A stretch of DNA of 57,258 nt. Source: an uncultured Anaerolinea sp. Lineage in GTDB: Bacteria; Chloroflexota; Anaerolineae; Anaerolineales; Anaerolineaceae. The DNA is taken from assembly GCA_964599995.1 (NCBI GenBank), contig CAZRHZ010000001.1:1-57258 (forward strand), given 5' to 3'. Positions within the stretch are counted from its first letter, which is position 1, and the number at the start of each line of letters is the position of its first letter. The notes under the pieces were generated by a model, which searched no databases, was not told the origin of the DNA, and was given only the letters and a program-made list of their open reading frames with translations. The translations under genes and the position numbers were made by a program. Below are positions 9,837-18,538 of this stretch, one piece after another.

Positions 9837-10655
9837 CTATGACAGGTTTGGCGTTTCACGTTGATCTTTCATTTTTGACAGCCAATCGTTAATCCAAACC
9901 GAGGGTTCGCTTTGCGCCTGGCCTGGAAATTTCAAGTAAACCAGGAATTCAATATTGCCCTTCGGACCGGTCAGCGGCGATTGGATCAAGCCCTTGATCT
10001 CAAAACCTTCCTCCACTGTGAAGGTCAATACCTGCTCCAGAATGCGCTGGTGAACAGCCAAATCGCGGATGACCCCCTCGCCTTTCGCGGCATCCGACCG
10101 GCCGGCCTCGAATTGAGGTTTGATCAACGCCACCACTTCGCCGGGCGAGACGTTCAACCACTTTTTTACCGTGGGAAGCAGCGTGCGCAGGGATATAAAT
10201 GAAGCATCAATGGTGACCAGGTCGATGGGTTCGCCAAACCCTTCAACATAGCGGGCATTGGTGCGTTCCATCAACACAACCTTGGGATGGTTGCGCAGCT
10301 TCCAGTGCATCACGCCATAGCCTACGTCCACGGCAAATACTTTCTCAGCCCCATGCTGAAGCAAACAATCTGTGAACCCCCCCGTACTTGATCCAATATC
10401 AGCGCAAACTTTTCCGGTCAGATCGAACAGGTTGAAAGCAGTGATAGCCCCCAATAATTTTTCTCCGCCCCGCGAGACAAAAGGAGGTGGTTTCGCGACC
10501 TCGATCTGGTCCTCACGGCTGACTTTGGCGGCTGATTTGAGCGCCACCTGACCGTTCACCCTGACCTCACCGGCCATGATGATGCGTTGGGCAGCGCTGC
10601 GGCTTTCTGCCAATCCCTTTTCTTCCATGAGCAAATCCAACCTGATTTTTTCCAT
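9837..10655 (-). CDS. tlyA: TlyA-family 16S/23S rRNA (cytidine-2'-O)-methyltransferase
   Basis: 272 aa. An N-terminal S4 domain (RLDLLMEEKGLAESRSAAQRIIMAG) is followed by an FtsJ-type SAM site DIGSSTGGFTDCLLQHGA. Confidence 0.9.
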   Translation of the reverse strand: MEKIRLDLLMEEKGLAESRSAAQRIIMAGEVRVNGQVALKSAAKVSREDQIEVAKPPPFVSRGGEKLLGAITAFNLFDLTGKVCADIGSSTGGFTDCLLQHGAEKVFAVDVGYGVMHWKLRNHPKVVLMERTNARYVEGFGEPIDLVTIDASFISLRTLLPTVKKWLNVSPGEVVALIKPQFEAGRSDAAKGEGVIRDLAVHQRILEQVLTFTVEEGFEIKGLIQSPLTGPKGNIEFLVYLKFPGQAQSEPSVWINDWLSKMKDQRETPNLS

Positions 10656-10661
10656 CCCTTA

Positions 10662-10695
10662 ATTTTACATGCGAAAAACCATCTTGTGATATATT
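10662..10695. promoter_or_regulatory. Back-to-back putative leaderless promoters for tlyA (-) and the UbiA-like gene (+)
   Basis: Minus strand: TAAAAT (10667-10662), then 6 nt, then the tlyA ATG. Plus strand: extended -10 TGATATATT (10687-10695), then 6 nt, then the ATG at 10702. Neither start has a Shine-Dalgarno sequence. Confidence 0.4.
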
Positions 10696-10701
10696 ATTCT
10701 C

Positions 10702-11574
10702 ATGCTCAAATATATTTTTAAGGCTATGCGACCGCGCCAATGGACCAAAAACGCTTTCGTTTTTGCAGCCCTGGTTTTTGACCGCCAGTTTTTCATTTTA
10801 CAATCCCTTGAAAGAACGCTGATCACTTTTGTGATCTTTTGTTTGATCTCAAGCAGTGTTTATCTCTTCAACGACATCATGGACGTGGAAGCCGACCGCA
10901 ACCATCCGATAAAAAAGAATCGACCAATCGCGTCGGGCAAACTACCCATTTCCGTGGCATCTGTGGTCAGCTTAATCTTGCTGCTGATCTCACTCACGGG
11001 GGCGTATTTCCTTTCCATTGGTCTACTCATCATTGTGGCAGTTTACTTCTTCCTGAATCTGGCATACTCCAAGTGGCTTAAACACATGCCGATCCTAGAC
11101 GTTCTGGTGATCGCAGCCTGCTTCGTGCTGCGGGTGGCAGCCGGCGTTTCGGTGATCGAAGTGCAGCGGTTTTCACCGTGGCTGTATGTGGTGACCACCC
11201 TGCTCGCGCTGTATATCGGTTTTGGAAAACGCCGGGCTGAACTGATGGTTCTGGTACCTGAGAACACACAATCTCACCGCAGGGTCTTGAGCGGCTATTC
11301 ACTGGATCTGGTGGACCAACTGATCACGGTGGTCTCTTCGACCACCATCATCGCCTATTCCTTGTACACGTTTTCGGCGCCCAATCTACCTGATAATCAC
11401 TCCATGATGCTGACGATCCCGTTCGTTTTGTTCGGTGTTTTTCGATATCTATCTCTGATGAAAATTCAAAAAATGGGTGGCGAGCCAGAAGAGATCTTAT
11501 TAAAAGACCGACCGCTGCAGATCACGATCCTGTTATGGGCGGTATCTGTGATGATCATCTTTTATCTCTTTTAA
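10702..11574 (+). CDS. UbiA-family prenyltransferase, decaprenyl-phosphate 5-phosphoribosyltransferase-like
   Basis: 290 aa with about 8 TM segments. RPRQWTKN near the N-terminus and NDIMDVEADRNHPIKKNRPIASG match the pattern of polyprenyl-phosphate phosphoribosyltransferases (mycobacterial Rv3806c type). Confidence 0.7.
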   Translation: MLKYIFKAMRPRQWTKNAFVFAALVFDRQFFILQSLERTLITFVIFCLISSSVYLFNDIMDVEADRNHPIKKNRPIASGKLPISVASVVSLILLLISLTGAYFLSIGLLIIVAVYFFLNLAYSKWLKHMPILDVLVIAACFVLRVAAGVSVIEVQRFSPWLYVVTTLLALYIGFGKRRAELMVLVPENTQSHRRVLSGYSLDLVDQLITVVSSTTIIAYSLYTFSAPNLPDNHSMMLTIPFVLFGVFRYLSLMKIQKMGGEPEEILLKDRPLQITILLWAVSVMIIFYLF

Positions 11575-11582
11575 GAGGAAGC

Positions 11583-12539
11583 GTGCCCGCAATCTCCTGT
11601 TCTGCTCCAGGCAAGGTTATCCTGTGTGGTGAACATGCCGTGGTGTATGGAAAACCCGCCATTGCGGTTCCGGTGTTGGAAGTTGCCACAAAGTGCAACA
11701 TTTTCGCGCGTCCCTCTGCCCCGAGTGATGAAATTACGATCGTCGCGCCTAATATCGGGTTGAACTGCAAGTTGGGATGCCTGGTTGAATCACACCCCAT
11801 CCGCGCTACCCTCCGTTTGGTACTGGAGCATTTGCAGATCGACCACCTCCCCGTATGTGAGATCCGGATCCATTCGACGCTGCCGACCGCAGCCGGGATG
11901 GGATCGAGCGCTTCGGTCTCCGTAGCCATGATCCGCGCGGTTTCCACTTTTCTCGGGCACCCGCTTGATAATGTGGAGGTCAATTCGATTGCATTTGAAA
12001 TTGAAAAGATCCATCACGGTTCCCCTTCGGGGATCGATAATACGGTCATTACATATGCCAAACCGCTCTTTTATGTCAGGAGTACCCCTTACGAATTCCT
12101 GCAAGTTCAAAAACCAATGACACTGGTGGTGGCGAACACAGGCATTCGAAGCAGCACGGTCCAAGTGGTTGGTGAAGTAAAGCAAAGAGCATCATCAGAA
12201 CCCCAAAAATATGACCACCTTTTCTCTAAAATTGCCGAGATCTCACTGACAGTGCGAAAATGCATCGAAACCGGTGCTCTGGATGAAGTTGGAAAAAAAT
12301 TATCGGAAAACCACATTTTACTGCAGGAAATTGGCGTATCCTGCCCCAAACTGGATGAACTGGTCAGCTGTGCACTCACGCACGGTGCGCTGGGCGCCAA
12401 ATTGTCAGGCAGCGGCCAGGGCGGCAACATGATCGCGTTGGTTGATGCAGAACAGGCTCAGAATGTTGCCAACGAATTGAAAACAGCAGGAGCCGTAAAC
12501 GCCGTCATCACCCAGGTTCCCGCAGAAGGAAAAAAATGA
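11583..12539 (+). CDS. mvk: Mevalonate kinase
   Basis: It has the GHMP kinase motifs PGKVILCGEHAVVYG, GMGSSASVSVA and KLSGSGQGG. The ORF track starts at 11535 inside the upstream gene. I prefer the in-frame GTG at 11583, preceded by GAGGAA and lying 8 nt after the upstream stop. Confidence 0.85.
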   Translation: MPAISCSAPGKVILCGEHAVVYGKPAIAVPVLEVATKCNIFARPSAPSDEITIVAPNIGLNCKLGCLVESHPIRATLRLVLEHLQIDHLPVCEIRIHSTLPTAAGMGSSASVSVAMIRAVSTFLGHPLDNVEVNSIAFEIEKIHHGSPSGIDNTVITYAKPLFYVRSTPYEFLQVQKPMTLVVANTGIRSSTVQVVGEVKQRASSEPQKYDHLFSKIAEISLTVRKCIETGALDEVGKKLSENHILLQEIGVSCPKLDELVSCALTHGALGAKLSGSGQGGNMIALVDAEQAQNVANELKTAGAVNAVITQVPAEGKK

Positions 12540-13342
12540 AAGAACTGGTCTTTCTCAAACTCGGCGGTTCGGTTATTACTGACAAAGACGTAGCCAACAC
12601 GGTCCGGATGGACCGATTGGACGCCATTGCCAGCGAGATCGCTCGCGCCTTAAGAGAGAGATCCGAAATCTCGCTTCTGCTCGGTCATGGCTCAGGATCT
12701 TTCGGCCACCACGCTGCCAACAAACACAACACTTATCATGGTGTCAATACAGCAGCAGAATGGGAAGGATTCATCGAAGTCGCAACGCGAGCCCGCGAAT
12801 TGAACCAGATCGTGGTTGAGCGATTGCAGCTTGCAGGGATTCGGGTTGTGCCAATTTCTCCACTGTCGAGTATCATGACCGAAAATCGCAAGATCGTTTC
12901 GTGGGATGAATCCATCATCCAGGAGTGCCTGATGAAAGGTTTGGTCCCCGTGATCTACGGAGATGTGATCCTTGACCGGCAAATGGGTGGAACCATCCTA
13001 TCAACCGAAGACCTGTTCGCATGGCTGGCAGCCAGACTTCACCCGACACGGGTCTTATTAGCTGGGCTGGAAGATGGAGTTTGGAAAGATTTTCCCGCAC
13101 GAAGTGAAAAGGTGGATGTGATCCACCCGAACGAACTTCAACGCACGAATTTTGAAGTGAAAACTTCTCAAAGTATAGACGTGACCGGAGGGATGGAATC
13201 CAAAGTTCGTGAAATGTGCGCACTGGTCGCCTCACAACCCAATATTGAAGTGGAAATCTTTTCAGGTGCCAAACCCAGGAATGTTTATTCCACGCTGATT
13301 GGAAAACACACCGGCACGTTGATCAGCAGAAATGGAGCTTAA
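12536..13342 (+). CDS. Isopentenyl phosphate kinase (amino-acid-kinase fold)
   Basis: 268 aa. LKLGGSVITDK and GHGSGSFGHH are typical of IPK. The start overlaps the mvk stop (ATGA). Confidence 0.75.
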   Translation: MKELVFLKLGGSVITDKDVANTVRMDRLDAIASEIARALRERSEISLLLGHGSGSFGHHAANKHNTYHGVNTAAEWEGFIEVATRARELNQIVVERLQLAGIRVVPISPLSSIMTENRKIVSWDESIIQECLMKGLVPVIYGDVILDRQMGGTILSTEDLFAWLAARLHPTRVLLAGLEDGVWKDFPARSEKVDVIHPNELQRTNFEVKTSQSIDVTGGMESKVREMCALVASQPNIEVEIFSGAKPRNVYSTLIGKHTGTLISRNGA

Positions 13343-13345
13343 AGC

Positions 13346-14497
13346 ATGTTCTATAATCGTGAAAATCAGGAAGCCATTGAAGAAAGCTACCTCGCGCCTT
13401 ATGCGATTCATTCCAAAACTTCAAAAGGAAGGAAGTACCCTGAATCCGAGCCCGATTACCGCACTTGCTTTCAGCGCGACCGCGACAGGGTGCTGCACAC
13501 CACCGCCTTTCGCAGACTGGAATATAAGACACAAGTTTTCATCAACTACGAAGGGGATTACTACCGCACCCGCTTGACCCACACCCTTGAAGTTACGCAA
13601 ATTGGCCGCACCATCGCCAGAGCGTTGGGGGCAAGCGAAGACCTGGTGGAAGTGATCTGCCTGGCACACGACATGGGCCATCCCCCCTTCGGGCATTCAG
13701 GCGAAACCACGCTCAACCACCTGATGAAAGACCACGGCGGATTCAACCACAATCACCATTCCTACCGCATCGTAACCGAAATTGAAAAGCGTTACCCGGA
13801 TTTTCCGGGGTTGAACCTGTCGTGGGAAGTACTGGAAGGTATGGTAAAACACGAAACTGAATACGACAAGACCGACGCGTTGGATTTCGATCCCGATCTA
13901 CGAGGTCACCTTGAAGCCCAGATCACCAATGTGGCAGACGAATTGGCCTACACATCGCACGATCTGGACGACGGATTGAGATCAGGCATGATCACCCCGG
14001 ATATGCTGCAGGGAATCGAACTTTGGGAAATGGTCGCCGAGAAGTTCAAAAGCGATCCCTGTGGGTTGGACGATCTAAACCGGCATCGCATTATCCGCGA
14101 ATTGACCGGCTTGCAGGTGACCAGCATGATCAAGACCTCGTCTGAACGGATCGAAACCAGTGGTGTGAAAAGCGCGCTCGAATTGCAAAAATTACCTTAC
14201 AACGTGGTCGGTTTTGATGAGGAAATGAAAAAACGCAATCGAACCCTGAAGGATTTCCTTTTCACACACTTATACCGGCAATACCGAGTGGTGCGTATGC
14301 AGAAAAAAGCAGAAAGGATCTTATCAGACCTATTTAACGCCTACCTCGAAGAACCCACCATGCTGCCCGCGCAGTTCCAGGAACTGATCGTAGTAAAAGG
14401 CAAAGAACGCACCATCTGCGATTACCTGGCAGGAATGACAGACCGTTTTGCTGTGGATGAATATTCCAAGCTTTTCGACCCTTCACTGCTGCCATAA
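13346..14497 (+). CDS. dgt: dGTPase-like deoxynucleoside triphosphate triphosphohydrolase (HD domain)
   Basis: 383 aa. It contains RTRLTHTLEVTQIGR and LAHDMGHPPFGH (HD motif), with family-typical length and ends. Confidence 0.85.
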   Translation: MFYNRENQEAIEESYLAPYAIHSKTSKGRKYPESEPDYRTCFQRDRDRVLHTTAFRRLEYKTQVFINYEGDYYRTRLTHTLEVTQIGRTIARALGASEDLVEVICLAHDMGHPPFGHSGETTLNHLMKDHGGFNHNHHSYRIVTEIEKRYPDFPGLNLSWEVLEGMVKHETEYDKTDALDFDPDLRGHLEAQITNVADELAYTSHDLDDGLRSGMITPDMLQGIELWEMVAEKFKSDPCGLDDLNRHRIIRELTGLQVTSMIKTSSERIETSGVKSALELQKLPYNVVGFDEEMKKRNRTLKDFLFTHLYRQYRVVRMQKKAERILSDLFNAYLEEPTMLPAQFQELIVVKGKERTICDYLAGMTDRFAVDEYSKLFDPSLLP

Positions 14498-14540
14498 GCC
14501 GCATTAGAATAGAACAGCGAAAATCGACATTGGAGAACTA

Positions 14541-15008
14541 ATGGATAAAGTGACTTACCTGACTGAAGAAGGCGAAAAGAAACTGCGCGCGGAATTGGAA
14601 GAACTATCGGGACCTGTAAGGCACGACCTTTCACAACGCCTGCGTTCAGCCATTCAAATGGGAGATCTCTCAGAAAATGCGGATTATAAAGCTGCCAAAG
14701 AGGAACAGGGTTTTATTGAAGGTCGAATTCAGGAATTGACGATACTGCTACGAAATGTGGTCATCATCGACGAGAACAGCACCAGAAAAGAGACCGTGGA
14801 AATTGGATCAAGTGTAACGATACAAGAAGATCACGATCCTGAAGAAACTTATCTGCTAGTTGGTCCGCAAGAAGCCGACCCTGCCAAAGGGCGTATCTCT
14901 TACAGCTCGCCAATCGGTACAGCCGTGATGGGCCATAAAGTGGGTGAAATTGTCACTGCCGTCACCCCCAACGGATCGATCAAATTCAAGATCCTCTCAA
15001 TCAAGTAA
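14541..15008 (+). CDS. greA: Transcription elongation factor GreA
   Basis: 155 aa. It has an N-terminal coiled coil (LTEEGEKKLRAELEEL, DLSENADYKAAKEEQ) and a C-terminal globular domain (SPIGTAVMGHKVGE). Confidence 0.95.
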   Translation: MDKVTYLTEEGEKKLRAELEELSGPVRHDLSQRLRSAIQMGDLSENADYKAAKEEQGFIEGRIQELTILLRNVVIIDENSTRKETVEIGSSVTIQEDHDPEETYLLVGPQEADPAKGRISYSSPIGTAVMGHKVGEIVTAVTPNGSIKFKILSIK

Positions 15009-15013
15009 AAATA

Positions 15014-15037
15014 AATCCCCACTCTCGTGGGGATTTT
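15014..15037. terminator. Bidirectional intrinsic terminator between greA and the convergent membrane-protein gene
   Basis: An 8-bp stem AATCCCCA/TGGGGATT encloses a 6-nt loop. The flanks are T-rich on both strands. Confidence 0.6.
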
Positions 15038-15041
15038 CATT

Positions 15042-16118
15042 CTATTTTGGCCAGACCGCAATTTCGAGTGTCAGCCTTTCGAAGAAGCTGCCTGCCGGAA
15101 GAGCACCCTGCCCGTAAACCAACTCGATCACGCGGGCTTCCAGCTGCAAGGTGGCAGTTTCGAGCAGAATCTGCTGCCCGGCTTCAACCTGCAGGGGTTC
15201 ACCCTTTGAAGCCAAGCGCTGTCGAATGGCAGCGTCGTTCATGGCATGAGAGCTCATTAACACCTTGGTGACGGTCTGAATATCATTCTTGTCGAAAAGC
15301 CAGACCTCAAACGCGGTCACCTTCTTGGGATCTCCCACACCAATGGTGTCTGAAATGCCGACACCACATTCGCCCAGGAACTCACCCGTTTGCGCATCAA
15401 TGCTAAAGGAATCATCATAGAGATCGTCACCGATCACATAAGTGGTCATAAAATGAGCAGCCGGGCCGCCACTGGTCTGTCCGGAAGAAGCTGGCACGGT
15501 CTTGGTGGGCATGGTCTGATCAGCGTAAGAACCCTCTTCATCAAGGTATTCATCTTCAGCGCCAACGGTTGGAGGCTGCGCGCCTTTTTTGCGGTTTTTG
15601 ATGAAGAAGATGTAAACCAACGCGCCACCAATTATCAGGAATAACGCGCACAATAGCGACAACAGGATAGTGGAAGCTTTTGTTGAGGATTTCGAGACTG
15701 ATGTGGCAGTGGGCAGCAAAGAAATCGGGGTCGTCACGGTTTCAGGTGACTGTGTGCCTGTTGTTGTGCCTGTCAGAAGAGCAGATTTCAGAGCTTGAAC
15801 ATCCGCATCGGTGGCTGAATAGGAACAACCGCCAGATTGCAATGCATCGAAGAGAAATGGCGATTCCTGCAAACTTGTGCCCAATGAGTCGATGCGAGCC
15901 GCAGCGAGAGCCGCATTCTGATTGACCTTATATGAATCAACAACCATGCAAAGATATTGGGCTTTGAGATCCTGACGCAAAAAGCTGGCATCTGCGTCTT
16001 TCCATTTTACCGGCCACAGCCCCCAACCCAATACGGGCAGACCGATAATCAGACCGACCGCCAACCCCAGGATTCCTGTAATTAAAGGGCGAGCTAGCAA
16101 CGATTTGATCTTGTCCAT
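15042..16118 (-). CDS. Hypothetical two-TM membrane protein with unknown C-terminal cytoplasmic domain
   Basis: 358 aa. GGAG lies 7 nt upstream of the ATG. TM1 is at residues ~10-35 and is followed by a ~120-aa outside segment ending in a Thr-rich stretch. TM2 (ILLSLLCALFLIIGGALVYIFFI) is followed by KNRKK and then a ~170-aa acidic domain with no motif I recognise. Confidence 0.55.
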   Translation of the reverse strand: MDKIKSLLARPLITGILGLAVGLIIGLPVLGWGLWPVKWKDADASFLRQDLKAQYLCMVVDSYKVNQNAALAAARIDSLGTSLQESPFLFDALQSGGCSYSATDADVQALKSALLTGTTTGTQSPETVTTPISLLPTATSVSKSSTKASTILLSLLCALFLIIGGALVYIFFIKNRKKGAQPPTVGAEDEYLDEEGSYADQTMPTKTVPASSGQTSGGPAAHFMTTYVIGDDLYDDSFSIDAQTGEFLGECGVGISDTIGVGDPKKVTAFEVWLFDKNDIQTVTKVLMSSHAMNDAAIRQRLASKGEPLQVEAGQQILLETATLQLEARVIELVYGQGALPAGSFFERLTLEIAVWPK

Positions 16119-16227
16119 ATATGTACTCCTGCAGGGATTCCTGCCCTGTCACTTGCGTTTCGCAATTTTGATTTCAAATAATCAGGAAAAGCCTGATTAT
16201 TCACGTATTGCGATGCAATTTCCGTGC

Positions 16228-18528
16228 CTATTCCAGGGTGACATCCCCGATTTGCTCGATGAGAAAACTCTCTGAACAAACCGTACATTGGACTTCTTTC
16301 TTGTTCAACACAACCATTAACCCACCGCATTTCGGACACGGATTGGGGATGGGGCGCTTCCAGTTGGTGAAATCGCATGTTGGATAGTTGGCACAGCCGA
16401 AGAAAATTCGTCCCTTGCGGGTTTTCCGCTGCACGATATCCCCGCCATCCTTCGGGCAGATCACGCCAATCTTTTCAAGGATGGCCTCGGTATAGCGGCA
16501 AGCCGGGAAATTTGAACAGCTGATGAACTTGCCAAATCTGCCCCAACGTATCACCAGATCATGACCACATTGCGGACAAAGCCTGCCGATCTTCTCGGGC
16601 TCTGATTTGGTGACCGGCATTTCTGCCTGGGCTTTTTTCACTTGTGGTTCAAACCCGGCGTAGAATTCACCGATCACCTTGCGCCAGGGTGTTTCTCCCG
16701 CCGCGATGTGATCAAGGTCTTCCTCCATGCCGGCTGTAAAGCCCAGATCAACGATCTCAGGGAAATGTTCGACCACCAGGTCGTTGACCAAGAAGCCCGT
16801 TTCAGTTGGCGACAGACGCTTGGCCTCGCGCAGCACATATCCACGCTGCTGAATGGTAGACAGGATGGGCGCGTAAGTGGAAGGACGCCCGATTCCGTTC
16901 TCTTCGAGCACCTGTACCAGGGTGGCTTCAGTGAAGCGGGGCGGCGGTTGAGTAAAATGCTGCTCCGGGATCAGGCGAATCAGGGTTTGTTTTTGCCCTT
17001 CTTCAAGACCGGCCGGGATGCGAATGTTCTCGCCTTCCTCCGACTTGGCGTCTTCATCAGCGGTCTCTTCATAAACCACCAGGAAACCGGGGAACTTGAT
17101 GGTGGAACCGGATGCCCTGAAAAGATATTGGTGATCTTTTCCGGCGGCAAGCACTTCCACCGATAGGGTGTCATAGACAGCGGATTCCATCTGTGAAGAT
17201 ACAAAGCGCTGCCAGATCAATTGGTAAAGCTTGAATTGTTCGGGGGTGAGGAATGATTTGATTGCTTCCGGCAGGCGAGAAACCACAGTCGGTCGAATCG
17301 CTTCGTGCGCTTCCTGCGCGGATTGCGCGCGAGTCTTGTACTGCGGAGGTGAATCTGGCAGATAATCTTTGCCATAGGTTTTAAGAATGTAGTCTCGCGC
17401 TTCTTTTTGTGCCACTTCAGCAATGTTGGTTGAATCGGTACGCATATAGGTGATCAAACCGGTGGTGCCACCCTCACCGACATCGAGACCCTCATAAAGC
17501 TGCTGGGCAATCATCATGGTGCGCCGGGCGGTGTATCCAAGCCTGCGGGAAGCCTCCTGCTGCAGTGTGCTGGTAATAAAAGGCGCGGCTGGTTTGCGGC
17601 GGCGTTCACTTTTTTTGATCTTATGGATCGAAAACGGGGCGGCTTCAATATCGTACAGGTAGCTCTCGGTGGTCTCTTTGTTTGAAAGATTAGGATCCGC
17701 GTCGTCGATCTTGGCCAGTTTGGTGACGTAGGGAGTTTTTTTACCTTCCGGTGTGATTTCCGCCTGGATCGACCAGTATTCCACCGGCACAAATGCCTCG
17801 ATCTCACGCTCGCGTTCCACAATCAACCGAAGCGCAACGGATTGAACCCTGCCGGCAGACAAACGACTGCGCACTTTTTCCCACAAGAGGGGGCTGATCG
17901 AATATCCAACCAGGCGATCCAGAATCCGGCGCGCCTGCTGTGCATCAACCAAATCCATGTAAATATCGCGGGGATTGGAAAAAGCTTCGTTAATGGCGCT
18001 TTCTGTGATCTCGTGAAAAACCACACGGTGGCTCAAAGAAGGTTCAATTTCAGCGGCTTCGAGCAGGTGCCAGGCAATGGCTTCACCTTCGCGGTCAGGG
18101 TCGGTCGCCAGGTAGATCTGCTCCGCTTCTTTGGCGAGCGCTTTCAACTCTTTGACCACCACCCTCTTCTCGTTGGGAACGCGATACTTGGGATTAAAAT
18201 CGTGTTCCACATCCACCGACAGTTCGGATCGCAGCAAATCTCTGACGTGCCCGACGGAAGCGCGAACGGTATAGCCTTTCCCGAGAAATCTTCCGACCGT
18301 TTTGGCCTTGGCAGGGCTTTCGACAATGACGAGTTTGCCACTGCGAACCTTTCCCTTCTTCACGGGTTTCACCAATCCCTCGTGGGCTGGTGTGCCGCCC
18401 ATGCGATACATGCTGGTACCACAGACCGGACACTTCCCTCGGGTAACAGGCGTGCCCACCGCGTTGAATTCTGCAACAGCATCGGTGATTTCTCGTTTGG
18501 TCTTGCATTTTACGCAGTATGCTTCCAT
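16228..18528 (-). CDS. topA: DNA topoisomerase I with an extra N-terminal zinc ribbon
   Basis: 766 aa. It has a TOPRIM domain (LVIVESPAKAKT, DPDREGE) and the active-site Tyr in ITYMRTDS. There are three C-terminal Cys4 zinc ribbons and an additional N-terminal CxxC...CxxC module. Confidence 0.95.
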   Translation of the reverse strand: MEAYCVKCKTKREITDAVAEFNAVGTPVTRGKCPVCGTSMYRMGGTPAHEGLVKPVKKGKVRSGKLVIVESPAKAKTVGRFLGKGYTVRASVGHVRDLLRSELSVDVEHDFNPKYRVPNEKRVVVKELKALAKEAEQIYLATDPDREGEAIAWHLLEAAEIEPSLSHRVVFHEITESAINEAFSNPRDIYMDLVDAQQARRILDRLVGYSISPLLWEKVRSRLSAGRVQSVALRLIVEREREIEAFVPVEYWSIQAEITPEGKKTPYVTKLAKIDDADPNLSNKETTESYLYDIEAAPFSIHKIKKSERRRKPAAPFITSTLQQEASRRLGYTARRTMMIAQQLYEGLDVGEGGTTGLITYMRTDSTNIAEVAQKEARDYILKTYGKDYLPDSPPQYKTRAQSAQEAHEAIRPTVVSRLPEAIKSFLTPEQFKLYQLIWQRFVSSQMESAVYDTLSVEVLAAGKDHQYLFRASGSTIKFPGFLVVYEETADEDAKSEEGENIRIPAGLEEGQKQTLIRLIPEQHFTQPPPRFTEATLVQVLEENGIGRPSTYAPILSTIQQRGYVLREAKRLSPTETGFLVNDLVVEHFPEIVDLGFTAGMEEDLDHIAAGETPWRKVIGEFYAGFEPQVKKAQAEMPVTKSEPEKIGRLCPQCGHDLVIRWGRFGKFISCSNFPACRYTEAILEKIGVICPKDGGDIVQRKTRKGRIFFGCANYPTCDFTNWKRPIPNPCPKCGGLMVVLNKKEVQCTVCSESFLIEQIGDVTLE

Positions 18529-18538
18529 AATGATTCGC

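Noticed and set aside
9125-9892. A 255-aa plus-strand ORF antisense to lepA. Similar long antisense ORFs lie at 16642-17166 and 17842-18579 (in topA), 4975-5412 (in GT4), 34501-35037 (in the LysM gene) and 52140-52580 (in pyrG).
   Set aside because: Each lies entirely inside a strongly supported gene on the opposite strand. The translations are Arg/Gly/His/Pro-rich with no motifs. These are typical shadow ORFs of codon-biased genes.
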